From contig JABGYE010000254.1 in the NCBI GenBank assembly GCA_018675395.1, forward strand, positions 1 to 62,383: a stretch of 62,383 nucleotides of DNA. The letters are read 5' to 3'. This DNA comes from Akkermansiaceae bacterium (GTDB taxonomy: Bacteria > Verrucomicrobiota > Verrucomicrobiia > Verrucomicrobiales > DEV007). The notes beneath the pieces are model-generated. The model searched no databases, was not told where the DNA came from, and saw only the letters and a list, made by a program, of their open reading frames with translations. This document shows positions 37,198 to 46,793 of this stretch, in pieces. The translations under genes were made by a program, and so were the position numbers. The stretch's first letter is position 1. Every line of letters starts with the position of its first letter.

Positions 37198-38292
37198 TTA
37201 ATTTGGAAATAACGAACCTTCGATGAATGATTCTATATCTAATTTTTTTGGTTCTAAAAGAATCCTTGGTTCTGCATAGATGTCTTGGATGAGGTCCTTG
37301 TAGTAGAGTCTTGCAACGAATCCATGATAAGAGCGTTTACCAAAATTCTTTATATCTTCCTGAGATAGTTGAGGCATATAATAGTTCCAGTTAACTATTT
37401 CTATCTTTGATGTTTGCCAATTAATTGGTTTTGTTATCCAGGTTGCGGATGGAGGATCAGCTCGTGTTTTTTCGATCTTGCTTCCATTAACAAGGTCGTA
37501 AAAATCTACTACTAGCGAAATATCTTTAGGATCAATTGGTTCATTAATGCCGGAAATAATTTCCATTTTAACATTAACGGATTCACCTTTCTCTTTTTGA
37601 GTGTTGATACCTGTACGCATTGATCCGAATGAAAAAATAGTGAGATCTTTCCTTTTTTCTGTTTCACGATCCGAGTTCTTTTTTAGCTTTATGATCTGAT
37701 AATATTCACCGCCCCTGCCCTCACCGAGATCCATTATCTTTGTCAGTTCGTTCTCAGCTTTCTGCTGCAGGGACATTGATTTGTAGGTTAAAGAAAGTTC
37801 CCACATGACTCGTGGGTTTTGTGGTGATATTTCTTTTGCTTTTCGCAATTTTCTAAGAGATTCCAGAGTTTCTCCTTTCTTTCTTAAGGCTACTCCAATC
37901 TCAATAATTTCTAGAACCTCTTGATCTTGTTCTGAAATAGTGAAGTTATTATTGGTTATTATTGGTTCCTTTGGTGTCTCTGGTTCAGAGGGCAAAGATG
38001 CTATTTCTGAGGGCTTAGCCTGAACTGGAGTTGGATGTGTTGGAGTAGTTCCTAAGACTATTTGAGGAGTGTTGTCTTCTTTTGAAACTTCTGTATTTTT
38101 TTTTGTTTCTGATTTATTCAGAGAAGGAGGAGTAGGCTCTTTTTCTGAAAATTCCTGATTTAAGACAGATTGAGGTCTAATCTGAATATTACCCCTTAAC
38201 CATAAAGTGAGAATGGTGCCGAGTAGTATGAGTATTGTTAATTTGTAGCCGAAATTAGGCATTAATACTTTCTTTTTTTGGGAGGGTGGCAT
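37198..38292 (-). CDS. Hypothetical membrane-anchored protein (N-terminal TM, Pro/Thr/Glu-rich linker, TPR-like hairpin, C-terminal beta-rich domain)
   Basis: 364 aa. TM YKLTILILLGTILTLWL, low-complexity TPPSLNKSETKK...PTHPTPVQAKPSEIASLPSEPETPKEP. No family recognised. It lies 34 nt upstream of the kinase-like/FGE-fold gene on the same strand. Confidence 0.55.
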   Translation of the reverse strand: MPPSQKKKVLMPNFGYKLTILILLGTILTLWLRGNIQIRPQSVLNQEFSEKEPTPPSLNKSETKKNTEVSKEDNTPQIVLGTTPTHPTPVQAKPSEIASLPSEPETPKEPIITNNNFTISEQDQEVLEIIEIGVALRKKGETLESLRKLRKAKEISPQNPRVMWELSLTYKSMSLQQKAENELTKIMDLGEGRGGEYYQIIKLKKNSDRETEKRKDLTIFSFGSMRTGINTQKEKGESVNVKMEIISGINEPIDPKDISLVVDFYDLVNGSKIEKTRADPPSATWITKPINWQTSKIEIVNWNYYMPQLSQEDIKNFGKRSYHGFVARLYYKDLIQDIYAEPRILLEPKKLDIESFIEGSLFPN

Positions 38293-38395
38293 GCGATAAA
38301 CAACTATAACCCATTATAGCATAAGAAGCGAAATCCCTTCATTAGGAAGTAGAATTATCCTTGAATTGAGTGTTTTATATTTTAAATAGAAATTA

Positions 38396-39661
38396 ATGCA
38401 CTCTTCGGCTAATACTCCGGTGATACCCCGTTCTTTGGACCTGAATTTATCCCCTGTTCAGGTTGCGAAGCGGTTGAGACATTTGCCTGGATTTCTTTTT
38501 TACGATACGGCTACCACATCCTCTGGCATAACTTCACCAGGCGTGGTGTCAATCATAGGTGCTATGCCGGACATGGTTGTCAGTGGTCAACTGAATGAGG
38601 ATCTGGAAGATCTAAGAGAAATTCTCAAAGAGGACGAGGAATACTGTGCACAAGTAGATTGCGGTGTGCCATTGGGCGGATTATTCGGGCACGTTGAATT
38701 TGATGGGTCTTATCACTTTGGCAGGTACAGGAAATTATTAATCTTCCGCCACGATCGTAAAGAGTGGCTAGATGTGGGGAATCTATCAAAGTGGATGAAT
38801 CATAATGAATTTAGAGAAGAGAAAATATCTAATCTTACCTTTTCTGGAGGCCTTGGTCCTGACATCTTTTGTTCGATGGTAGAAAGAGCTAAGGAATATA
38901 TCGCAGCTGGTGATATTTATCAGGTGAATCTGTCTCAGTGCTTTGAGGCGGACTGGCCTGAAGCCAGAGATCCGTTTGATCTTTATCTAAGACTTCGTGA
39001 TTGTTCCCCGTCACCTTATGCTGCTTTTTATGAAATTTCTGGACGGTCGGTCATTTCGTCATCCCCTGAATGTTTTCTAAATATGAGTGGCCTTGGAATT
39101 GCGACCAGACCCATAAAAGGAACTCGTCCTAGATTTAATGATCCGGGTCAGGATGAACGTTCTGCCTATGAATTAATGACTTCTCCAAAGGAAATTGCTG
39201 AGCTTGTAATGATAACAGATCTTGAGCGGAATGATCTTGGTCGGGTCTGTGAGTATGGTAGCGTTCGCGTTGCAGAGTTACTTAAGCTTGAAAGGTTCTC
39301 TCAAGTTTTTCACTTAGTCAGTTCTATTGAGGGGCAATTAAAGTTAGGGAATGATCACATTAGTGCATTGAGTGCCTGTTTCCCTGGAGGTTCGATTAGT
39401 GGAGCGCCCAAGTTACGTGCTCTTGAGATTATCGATGAACTGGAGAATTGTTCACGGGGCCTTTACACTGGAGCCATCGGGTATTTAGGGGCAAATTGGG
39501 AGAGCCAGTTCAGTATTGCGATCCGCACAGGAATTATTCAGTCAGGAAAATTGTCTTTTCATGTTGGTGCCGGAATTGTTGCAGATTCTGACCCGCTGGC
39601 CGAATATGAAGAAACGCTTCACAAGGCCGCTGGATTCTTTGCTGCGGCCGAGGCGTTTTAG
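38396..39661 (+). CDS. pabB: Chorismate-utilising enzyme, aminodeoxychorismate synthase component I-like (PabB/TrpE family)
   Basis: 421 aa. GDIYQVNLSQ, SSSPECFL, RPIKGTRPR, ITDLERNDLGRV, FPGGSISGAPK, RGLYTGAIGY and VGAGIVADSDP are the canonical blocks. Short N-terminal domain and no adjacent amidotransferase subunit. Confidence 0.75.
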   Translation: MHSSANTPVIPRSLDLNLSPVQVAKRLRHLPGFLFYDTATTSSGITSPGVVSIIGAMPDMVVSGQLNEDLEDLREILKEDEEYCAQVDCGVPLGGLFGHVEFDGSYHFGRYRKLLIFRHDRKEWLDVGNLSKWMNHNEFREEKISNLTFSGGLGPDIFCSMVERAKEYIAAGDIYQVNLSQCFEADWPEARDPFDLYLRLRDCSPSPYAAFYEISGRSVISSSPECFLNMSGLGIATRPIKGTRPRFNDPGQDERSAYELMTSPKEIAELVMITDLERNDLGRVCEYGSVRVAELLKLERFSQVFHLVSSIEGQLKLGNDHISALSACFPGGSISGAPKLRALEIIDELENCSRGLYTGAIGYLGANWESQFSIAIRTGIIQSGKLSFHVGAGIVADSDPLAEYEETLHKAAGFFAAAEAF

Positions 39662-39704
39662 TTCGAAGGTATGATATTAATCTATTATTTATTTCAATAT
39701 TGTT

Positions 39705-40223
39705 ATGTCGCGAAAAGATTTACTTGATTCTGTTCCTGAAATTCATTCCAGCGCTTTCGTTGCTCATAGTGCTGATCTTATAGGTGCTGTTAGCATTGGG
39801 GAGGAGGCTAGTGTTTGGTATGGTTCAGTGTTAAGAGCAGATATAGAAAAGATTGTGATTGGCCCCAGATCTAATATTCAGGACGGTTCTGTGGTCCATT
39901 TGGAATGCGAGCAAGGTACATATGTTGGGCAATATGTGACGGTCGGCCATAAAGCAATCCTCCATGCTTGCACGATAGATGATGAAGTTCTTGTGGGAAT
40001 GGGATCGATAGTGATGGATGGCGCGAAGATCGGAGCCCGTTCCATTATAGGTGCCGGGTCACTGGTGACTATGGGGACTGAGGTTCCCTCAGGGTCATTG
40101 GTTCTAGGTTCTCCGGCTAAGATTGTAAGATCGCTCAGTGAGGATGAACAAAAAGCACTCAAAAAATGGGCTGACAATTATGTGGATTTATCACGTCGTT
40201 ACCTTGAAGAAGGAATCAAGTAA
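39705..40223 (+). CDS. Gamma-class carbonic anhydrase family / hexapeptide-repeat protein (YrdA/PaaY-like)
   Basis: 172 aa left-handed beta-helix pattern: ASVWYGSVLRAD...IGPRSNIQDGSVVH...VTVGHKAILHACTI...VGMGSIVMDGAKIG. Confidence 0.85.
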   Translation: MSRKDLLDSVPEIHSSAFVAHSADLIGAVSIGEEASVWYGSVLRADIEKIVIGPRSNIQDGSVVHLECEQGTYVGQYVTVGHKAILHACTIDDEVLVGMGSIVMDGAKIGARSIIGAGSLVTMGTEVPSGSLVLGSPAKIVRSLSEDEQKALKKWADNYVDLSRRYLEEGIK

Positions 40224-40308
40224 TGAGACGATTAGGAAAGTTTCTTAGGAAACGGCGGCCCCTTTATTCATTGACTCTAATGCCTCATCAGATTTTATTC
40301 TTATCTTT

Positions 40309-40779
40309 ATGAGTAGTAGTGTAGTCGAGGTTGAAGTGAAGGGAACTTTGCCGACAAGCGGTGGGTGCGGGATTTTTATTGGTAATGATGAAAAGATCAT
40401 TATTATTTATGTCGATCAGATGGTCGGTAATGCAATCATTATGTTTCTTAAAGATCTACCAAAGGAACGTCCTCAAACTCATGATCTTTTTGGGCATGTC
40501 CTTGAATCTCTTGGTGCAAAAGTGGAGCGGGTAATTGTGAATGATTTTAATGATGGTGTTTATTATGGGAGGCTCATTATTTCAGCTGAGAATGAAATTG
40601 AGGAAAAAAAGATCATAGAAATAGATGCGCGATCTAGTGATTGTATAGCATTGGCCATACAATCGAAGTCCCCAATTTATGTGGAAAAATCAGTAATGGA
40701 AGGATCCGAAGACGTTTCCGATATTTTTAACAAGGTTGAATCTGGTAATATCTTTTCGCAGGAGGATGCGGAGCAATAG
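40309..40779 (+). CDS. Bifunctional nuclease family protein (DUF151/BFN)
   Basis: 156 aa. ERPQTHDLFGHVLESLGAKVERVIVNDFNDGVYYGRLII and IDARSSDCIALAIQSKSPIYVEKSVM match the BFN pattern. Confidence 0.8.
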   Translation: MSSSVVEVEVKGTLPTSGGCGIFIGNDEKIIIIYVDQMVGNAIIMFLKDLPKERPQTHDLFGHVLESLGAKVERVIVNDFNDGVYYGRLIISAENEIEEKKIIEIDARSSDCIALAIQSKSPIYVEKSVMEGSEDVSDIFNKVESGNIFSQEDAEQ

Positions 40780-40799
40780 AGATCGGATTATTTTATTAG

Positions 40800-41468
40800 T
40801 TAGGCTTCTCGCAGTTCTTTAATTGAAATTAACATATCTTCGGCCTTAAAGGTCCCTGTCCCTGCCACCAATATATTTGCTCCATGATCGGCAGCAATGG
40901 AAGCTGTTTCTGGCGTGATGCCTCCATCTACTTCTATATGGAAGTTAAGTTTTTTTTTATCCCGTATCTTTTTTGCCTGATCGATTTTGGGCATGGTTTC
41001 TTCTTCCATAAACTTTTGTCCTCCAAATCCTGGTACTACGGTCATGATTAGAAGAATATCAATTTGTTCGAGAAAAGGTTCGGCAAGTTCGATGGGCGTA
41101 GCTGGATTTAGTGCAAGACCGGCTGAAATTCCTGATTCCTTGATCTTAGCTATTGTTACTCCAACATCATATTCAGGTTCAATGTGTATGGTAATGTTGC
41201 TTGATCCTGCTTCAATGAAATCTCTGATATATTGATCTGGACGCTCTATCATAAGGTGAGTGTCCAAATAAGCATCAGCAACTGTATTACGAACGTGCTT
41301 TACGAAGTTCGGACCAAAGGAGATATTATCTACAAAGTGTCCGTCCATGATGTCAAGATGTAGCCAATCACCACCTGCAGCAATTGCTCGGTGGCATTCT
41401 TCGCCGAGCCGGCTCCAATCCGCGGCTAGGAGAGAAGGTGCTACTATCCTTTGGTTGAAATCTGACAT
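40800..41468 (-). CDS. rpe: Ribulose-phosphate 3-epimerase
   Basis: 222 aa. IAPSLLAADWSRLGEE, LHLDIMDGHFVDNISFGP, MTVVPGFGGQKF and EVDGGI. Confidence 0.95.
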   Translation of the reverse strand: MSDFNQRIVAPSLLAADWSRLGEECHRAIAAGGDWLHLDIMDGHFVDNISFGPNFVKHVRNTVADAYLDTHLMIERPDQYIRDFIEAGSSNITIHIEPEYDVGVTIAKIKESGISAGLALNPATPIELAEPFLEQIDILLIMTVVPGFGGQKFMEEETMPKIDQAKKIRDKKKLNFHIEVDGGITPETASIAADHGANILVAGTGTFKAEDMLISIKELREA

Positions 41469-41534
41469 GTATAGCTACTATCTTCTGACCTTAGCAACCT
41501 GCAAGTCCGGACACATTATAATTAATAATTCATT

Positions 41535-42056
41535 ATGAGCGACATACCTCCAATTTCTTCTGATGATATTTCCATTGATTTGAACAGTGATGAGTATTTC
41601 ATGGGTGAAGCTATAAAAGAGGCTTTGAAGGCTTATAAGATGGAAGAGGTTCCTGTAGGCGCTGTCATTGTCAGTGATGGCCAGATCATTGGGCGCGGTT
41701 ACAACCAGATCGAGACACTCAAGGATGCTACGGCACACGCTGAGATGTTAGCTCTGACCGCGGCTCAGGAGTTTGTAGGAGATTGGAGGCTTTCCGAATG
41801 TAATCTTTTTGTGACTAAGGAGCCGTGTCCCATGTGTGCAGGAGGCATAGTGCATTGCCGAATCGGTGCCCTTGTCTACGGATGCTCGTCTCCGAAAGAT
41901 GGAGCCGCTGGCGGAGGATTTATAAACCTTCTAGAGCAGCCTACCCTTAATCATAGGACCGAGATAAGGTCCGGGGTCTTGGCAGATCAGAGCGCTCAAA
42001 TCCTTCGTGATTTTTTTCAAGCTGCCCGTATTAAATCCAAAGAAGTCAATGACTAA
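41535..42056 (+). CDS. tadA: tRNA adenosine(34) deaminase
   Basis: 173 aa. CDA zinc motifs HAEMLAL and EPCPMCAGGIVHCRI, preceded by EVPVGAVIV. Confidence 0.9.
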   Translation: MSDIPPISSDDISIDLNSDEYFMGEAIKEALKAYKMEEVPVGAVIVSDGQIIGRGYNQIETLKDATAHAEMLALTAAQEFVGDWRLSECNLFVTKEPCPMCAGGIVHCRIGALVYGCSSPKDGAAGGGFINLLEQPTLNHRTEIRSGVLADQSAQILRDFFQAARIKSKEVND

Positions 42057-42083
42057 TAGAATCAGATGAATATCTGATCTGTT

Positions 42084-43475
42084 ATGGTAAAGATGATCAT
42101 AGCAGTCTATGTTTGTACAGTGAAGCCATTTTTAATATTCATCATCTCTTTCAGTTATCTTGTCCTGACATCGTCTGGTAAGCCAAACATTCTTTTCATT
42201 CTCATTGATGACATGGGATGGATGGATCTTGGGTGTCAGGGAAATGAAAATTTACACACGCCAAACATTGATGCTCTGGCAAAAGATGGGATCCGTTTCA
42301 CTGATGCTTATGCTCCAGCTCCGGTCTGTTCTCCGACCCGCGCTGCCATAATGACAGGGCAATCACCTGCCAGGCTTCAGATCACTAATCACTTGCCTCA
42401 TCAGGACAGATTCACTCCTAAAGATTCCAAGATTCTTCCTGCTCAGATGCTTAACCATCTACCGCTCAAGCATGTGACGCTTGCAGAGAGACTCAAAGAG
42501 GATGCGGGATACGCTACGGCTTTCATAGGTAAGTGGCACTTGTACACAGGAAGAGAAGAAAAATACAACCCCTTGAACCAAGGCTTTGATGTTAATATTG
42601 GAGGATGCTCTTACGGTGGCCCTCCAACTTTTTTTGATCCTTACAGAATTGATTTTTTGCCGAATAGAAAGGAAGGAGAGTATCTTCCAGACCGTTTAGC
42701 AGATGAAGCCATTACTTTTATTGATGAACAACAATCAAAGAAAAAGCCATTCTTTGTCGCTTTATGGAATTACACTGTTCACTGGCCTATGGAAGCACCG
42801 GCTGAATTGGTAGAAAAATACAAGGACTTGCCCGTTAAGGGATACAGAGATCATCGCTATGCAGCCATGATAGAGGCGATGGATAGCGCTATCGGAAAAG
42901 TCCTAAAATCATTGGATGAGATGAAAATTTCTGATGAGACCCTTGTTATTTTCAGTTCTGATAATGGTCCTTTCGGTGGAGTCGGTGATGCGAGACCCTT
43001 GAGAGCAGACAAAGGTCATCTCTATGAGGGAGGAATTAGGGTCCCTCTTATTGTCAGATGGCCGGGAAAAGTAAAATCAGGAATGATAGATCCAACGCCG
43101 ATAATCCTAACTGATTTTTTCCCGACTATCTTGGATGCAGCAGGACTTAGTCCTGACACAAATTCTCCAGTTGATGGTGAGAATATTTTACCTCACCTCA
43201 AGGGTGAAAAAAAATTAAAGAATAGGGCTATCCACTGGCATTATCCGAACTTTGCTTTTCATCGCGACAATCGACTCGGATCAGCGATCCGTGAAGGAGA
43301 TCACAAATTGCTTCACTTTTATGACACGGATAGTGTCGAGCTGTATAATGTCAGGAAGGACATTAGTGAAAAGAATGACCTGTCTAGCGAGCTACCCGAA
43401 TTAGCTTCGAGGCTCAAAGGTAAATTAAGGTCCTGGCTCAAAGAGTCAGGAGCTGCAATGCCAACACCGAAATAA
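42084..43475 (+). CDS. Cys-type sulfatase (arylsulfatase A-like)
   Basis: 463 aa. Signal/TM region, KPNILFILIDDMGWMDLG, formylglycine motif VCSPTRAAIMTG, and FSSDNGP. Confidence 0.9.
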   Translation: MVKMIIAVYVCTVKPFLIFIISFSYLVLTSSGKPNILFILIDDMGWMDLGCQGNENLHTPNIDALAKDGIRFTDAYAPAPVCSPTRAAIMTGQSPARLQITNHLPHQDRFTPKDSKILPAQMLNHLPLKHVTLAERLKEDAGYATAFIGKWHLYTGREEKYNPLNQGFDVNIGGCSYGGPPTFFDPYRIDFLPNRKEGEYLPDRLADEAITFIDEQQSKKKPFFVALWNYTVHWPMEAPAELVEKYKDLPVKGYRDHRYAAMIEAMDSAIGKVLKSLDEMKISDETLVIFSSDNGPFGGVGDARPLRADKGHLYEGGIRVPLIVRWPGKVKSGMIDPTPIILTDFFPTILDAAGLSPDTNSPVDGENILPHLKGEKKLKNRAIHWHYPNFAFHRDNRLGSAIREGDHKLLHFYDTDSVELYNVRKDISEKNDLSSELPELASRLKGKLRSWLKESGAAMPTPK

Positions 43476-43484
43476 TATCCTTAC

Positions 43485-45092
43485 ATGCTAAATCTTCGTA
43501 AGATAACCAAGTCAGTCGGTGGTCGGGTCCTGTTTGAGGATGCTAGTTTTACGGTTAATTATTCGGACTTCGTTGCTCTTGTCGGTCCGAACGGGGCCGG
43601 CAAATCTACTCTTTTTAACGTTATACTATCCAGAGACACCGCTGATTCAGGAGAAGTGCAACGCGATGAGTGGACTACTCTCGGGTTTCTTCCACAGGAG
43701 GGTGAGGCGATCGGGGACGAGACGGTCCTTCAGATTGCAACTGGACAGGCTGGTACCCTCGAAAAGATAGAGACAAAATTACAGGAACTCGAAGGCAGTG
43801 GGCAGATAGAATGTGCCGAATATTATGAGGCTCAGGCCAAATTCGATGCGTTGAGTGATCCGGGCCTTGAAGCGAAGTCCAAAAAAATGCTTCGTGGTCT
43901 TGGTTATAAGGAATCAGATTTTGATAGGGCAGCCAAAGAAATGAGTGGGGGATGGGTCATGCGAGCCCATTTGGCAAGGATATTGGCCATGGAGCCTGAC
44001 CTTCTAATGTTGGATGAGCCAACTAATCACCTGGACCTTGAAGCATTACTTTGGTTTCAGCAGTACCTGGCCAATTTTTCCGGGGCCGTGCTTCTCATTT
44101 CGCATGATCGCTCCTTCATGGATGATTTGGTCAAGGTCGTATACGATATCGAAGATAAAAATCTAATAAGTTACAAAGGTAGCTATTCGGAATTTGAAGA
44201 GGAAAAGGAAAAACGCTTCGAGCAGCGGTTACAGGCCTGGAAGAATCAACAAAAAGAAATTGAGAGGAATCAGGAATTCATTGATCGTTTTCGTTCTGTA
44301 GCTTCCAAAGCTGCTCAGGCTCAGAGCCGTCAAAGGCAACTTGATAAGATGGAGAAGTTAGAAAAGCCGAAACCGATCCGTAAGCTATTTAAGATTCAAT
44401 TTCCGCAGCCTACGAGGAGTGGTCAGAGAGTTGTTAGTCTTAAGGGAGTGAACATGGCATATGGTGAAAATGTCATCTATGAAAATCTTAACATTGACAT
44501 TGAGAGGGGCGATCGAATTGCTTTAGTGGGTCCGAACGGATCTGGTAAATCAACATTAATTAAAATAATGGCCGGTGAGTTGGAGTTCCAATCCGGCGAT
44601 CGTGACCTTGGACACAATTGCCGGATAGGTTATTTCAGCCAGCACCGGGCTGCGACTCTTGACCCGGAGAAGAGTGTTCTGGATGAATGTGTGGAGGCTG
44701 CTGTTGATTTAACTTCAGATGAGTGCAGGGGAGTTTTAGGCTCATTCTTATTCAGAAAAGAAGATGTGTTTAAGAAGACAAAAGTCTTATCAGGAGGGGA
44801 AAAAAGTCGTTTAAATTTGGTTAAGTTTTTGCTCAATCCACCGAACTTGCTTCTGATGGATGAGCCTACTACGCACTTGGATCTTATCTCGATTGATGCA
44901 TTAATTATTGCACTTTCAAATTATGGAGGATCGCTAGTCTTTATATCTCACGATGTAAATTTTATCAGAAAATTAGGTAATAATGTCTGGCACATCAAGG
45001 ATGGTAATCTCACCAAATATGCGGGTGATTACGATTATTACCTTGAAAAGAGTGGGGGATTGACAGATGCAAGGGCAGCGATCACGAACTGA
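43485..45092 (+). CDS. ABC-F family ATPase (two ABC domains, no TM domain)
   Basis: 535 aa. Walker A GPNGAGKST and GPNGSGKST, signatures MSGGWVMR and LSGGEKSRL, a charged inter-domain linker (EEEKEKRFEQRLQAWKNQQKEIERNQEFIDRFR), and no membrane segments. Confidence 0.9.
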   Translation: MLNLRKITKSVGGRVLFEDASFTVNYSDFVALVGPNGAGKSTLFNVILSRDTADSGEVQRDEWTTLGFLPQEGEAIGDETVLQIATGQAGTLEKIETKLQELEGSGQIECAEYYEAQAKFDALSDPGLEAKSKKMLRGLGYKESDFDRAAKEMSGGWVMRAHLARILAMEPDLLMLDEPTNHLDLEALLWFQQYLANFSGAVLLISHDRSFMDDLVKVVYDIEDKNLISYKGSYSEFEEEKEKRFEQRLQAWKNQQKEIERNQEFIDRFRSVASKAAQAQSRQRQLDKMEKLEKPKPIRKLFKIQFPQPTRSGQRVVSLKGVNMAYGENVIYENLNIDIERGDRIALVGPNGSGKSTLIKIMAGELEFQSGDRDLGHNCRIGYFSQHRAATLDPEKSVLDECVEAAVDLTSDECRGVLGSFLFRKEDVFKKTKVLSGGEKSRLNLVKFLLNPPNLLLMDEPTTHLDLISIDALIIALSNYGGSLVFISHDVNFIRKLGNNVWHIKDGNLTKYAGDYDYYLEKSGGLTDARAAITN

Positions 45093-45158
45093 ATGGTTTG
45101 TCTAATATTCTTAAAGTAACTACTTGCGAAAAGCTTCAATTCATCCGAACTCCTTAGA

Positions 45159-45515
45159 ATGCCCCTAACTGAATCCGATCAACCTTACATTAAAACAGAC
45201 ACTGGCCTCGAGTATCGATTGCTTGAAGAGGGTGAAGGTGACAAGCCAGAACCTTCGAGCACCGTTACCGTACATTATATGGGTTGCTTTGAAGATGGAG
45301 AACAGTTCGATAGTTCATATGACCGCAATGAGCCTACAACCTTCCCTCTCTCGGGTGTCATTCCTGGCTGGACAGAGGGTCTTCAATTAATGAGCTCAGG
45401 AAGCAAATATCAATTTAAGATTCCTTACCACCTTGGGTATGGTGAGGCCGGATATCCGGGTGTGATTCCTCCCAAAGCGACTCTGTATTTCGAGATTGAA
45501 TTAATATCATTTTAA
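45159..45515 (+). CDS. FKBP-type peptidyl-prolyl cis-trans isomerase
   Basis: 118 aa. VTVHYMGCFEDGEQFDSSYDRNEPTTFPLSGVIPGWTEGLQLM...IPYHLGYGEAGYPGVIPPKATLYFEIELI. Confidence 0.9.
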   Translation: MPLTESDQPYIKTDTGLEYRLLEEGEGDKPEPSSTVTVHYMGCFEDGEQFDSSYDRNEPTTFPLSGVIPGWTEGLQLMSSGSKYQFKIPYHLGYGEAGYPGVIPPKATLYFEIELISF

Positions 45516-46774
45516 TGATTTCTGATCAGGTGCCCCGAGTCGCCGTCATTGGTGGTGGAGCTGCAGGATTTTTTGGTGCGATAGCCTGCGCTGAGGATGC
45601 TAAGGGTCAGATGGATATTAGTGTCCTTGAGATGGGCAGTAATTTTCTTACCAAGGTGAAGATTTCCGGTGGAGGTCGCTGTAATGTGACACATGGACTT
45701 GAGGATACATTTGATTTTGCTGAGCACTATCCTCGAGGAAAACGTGAACTTATTGGTCCCTTATCCCGTTGGGGCCAGGAAGATACCGTATGGTGGTTCA
45801 GAGAGAATGGAGTTGAGCTAAAAACTGAGGCCGATGGTCGGATCTTTCCGGTCACGGACTCCTCGCAGACCGTCATTGATTGTTTGACTGGAGTTGCAAA
45901 GGAAAAAGGAATTAAGGCAAGAAATAACTGCTGTGTTAATAGGATTGATAAGTCTGATGACGGTTTTTTTAGAATCTGGATTAATGACCAAGAGGATCCT
46001 GTTGAAGCGGAATATCTATTAATTGCTACGGGAGGTATAAGATCTGCTAATTCTAGGCATTTACTGGAATCATTGGGCCATGAATTCACATCCCCAGTCC
46101 CTTCACTATTCACTTTTGAAATAGAGGATAACCAACTGACAGAGTTGTCTGGGTTGTCTGTTACTAGTGCCAGTGTCTCCATTGATCATTTGGGAATGAA
46201 AAGTGCAGGACCTTTATTGATTACGCATTGGGGTCTGAGTGGTCCGGTCATACTTAAGCTATCTGCTCTCGGTGCGAGGGAATTAGAGCAATTAAATTAT
46301 GAATTTAAGATAATAGTGAACTGGGTAGGCGAAGAATGGAACTTAGAGAAATTAAGTCAGAGAATTGAATCTGAAAGAAATTCAAATGGTTCAAGAAAGA
46401 TCATTAAAAGGAGCCCGATAAAGGTAATTCCTAATAGGCTATGGAATCGAATTGTATCAGGTGCCGGTGTTCCTGATGATCAGACTTGGTCAGGGATTAC
46501 GAGGCAGGCCACTTCACAAATCATTAAATCACTCATATCGGAGGAATTCGAGGTGTCCGGAAAGAGTTTGAATAAAGCGGAATTTGTTACCTGTGGAGGT
46601 GTACTTTTGCAAGATATTGATCTTAGAAAAATGGAAAGCCGATTAGTTGATAATTTATTTTTTGCTGGTGAAGTGATGGACGTTGATGGTTTGACTGGAG
46701 GATTTAATTTCCAGAGTGCATGGACAACGGGAAGAATTGCCGGTGAGGAAATTGCACAGAGGTGCTTCAGCTAA
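45515..46774 (+). CDS. NAD(P)/FAD-dependent oxidoreductase, HI0933/YhiN (BaiN-like) family
   Basis: 419 aa. VAVIGGGAAGFFGA, KVKISGGGRCNVTH, TGGFNFQSAWTTG. The ATG overlaps the upstream TAA by 1 nt (TAATG at 45513-45517). Confidence 0.85.
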   Translation: MISDQVPRVAVIGGGAAGFFGAIACAEDAKGQMDISVLEMGSNFLTKVKISGGGRCNVTHGLEDTFDFAEHYPRGKRELIGPLSRWGQEDTVWWFRENGVELKTEADGRIFPVTDSSQTVIDCLTGVAKEKGIKARNNCCVNRIDKSDDGFFRIWINDQEDPVEAEYLLIATGGIRSANSRHLLESLGHEFTSPVPSLFTFEIEDNQLTELSGLSVTSASVSIDHLGMKSAGPLLITHWGLSGPVILKLSALGARELEQLNYEFKIIVNWVGEEWNLEKLSQRIESERNSNGSRKIIKRSPIKVIPNRLWNRIVSGAGVPDDQTWSGITRQATSQIIKSLISEEFEVSGKSLNKAEFVTCGGVLLQDIDLRKMESRLVDNLFFAGEVMDVDGLTGGFNFQSAWTTGRIAGEEIAQRCFS

Positions 46775-46793
46775 ACTTACTTAGAATTTCATA

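Noticed and set aside
40309-42056. BFN nuclease and a cytidine/adenosine-deaminase-fold gene flanking rpe as a possible toxin or defence pair
   Set aside because: The deaminase has the full TadA signature and size. The BFN protein is a widespread stand-alone family. The two are separated by rpe on the opposite strand, so there is no operon structure.
43485-45092. ABC-F protein as an antibiotic-resistance (ARE) determinant
   Set aside because: The sequence alone does not separate ARE-type from housekeeping ABC-F subfamilies. The context (tadA, FKBP, core genes) favours a housekeeping translation factor.
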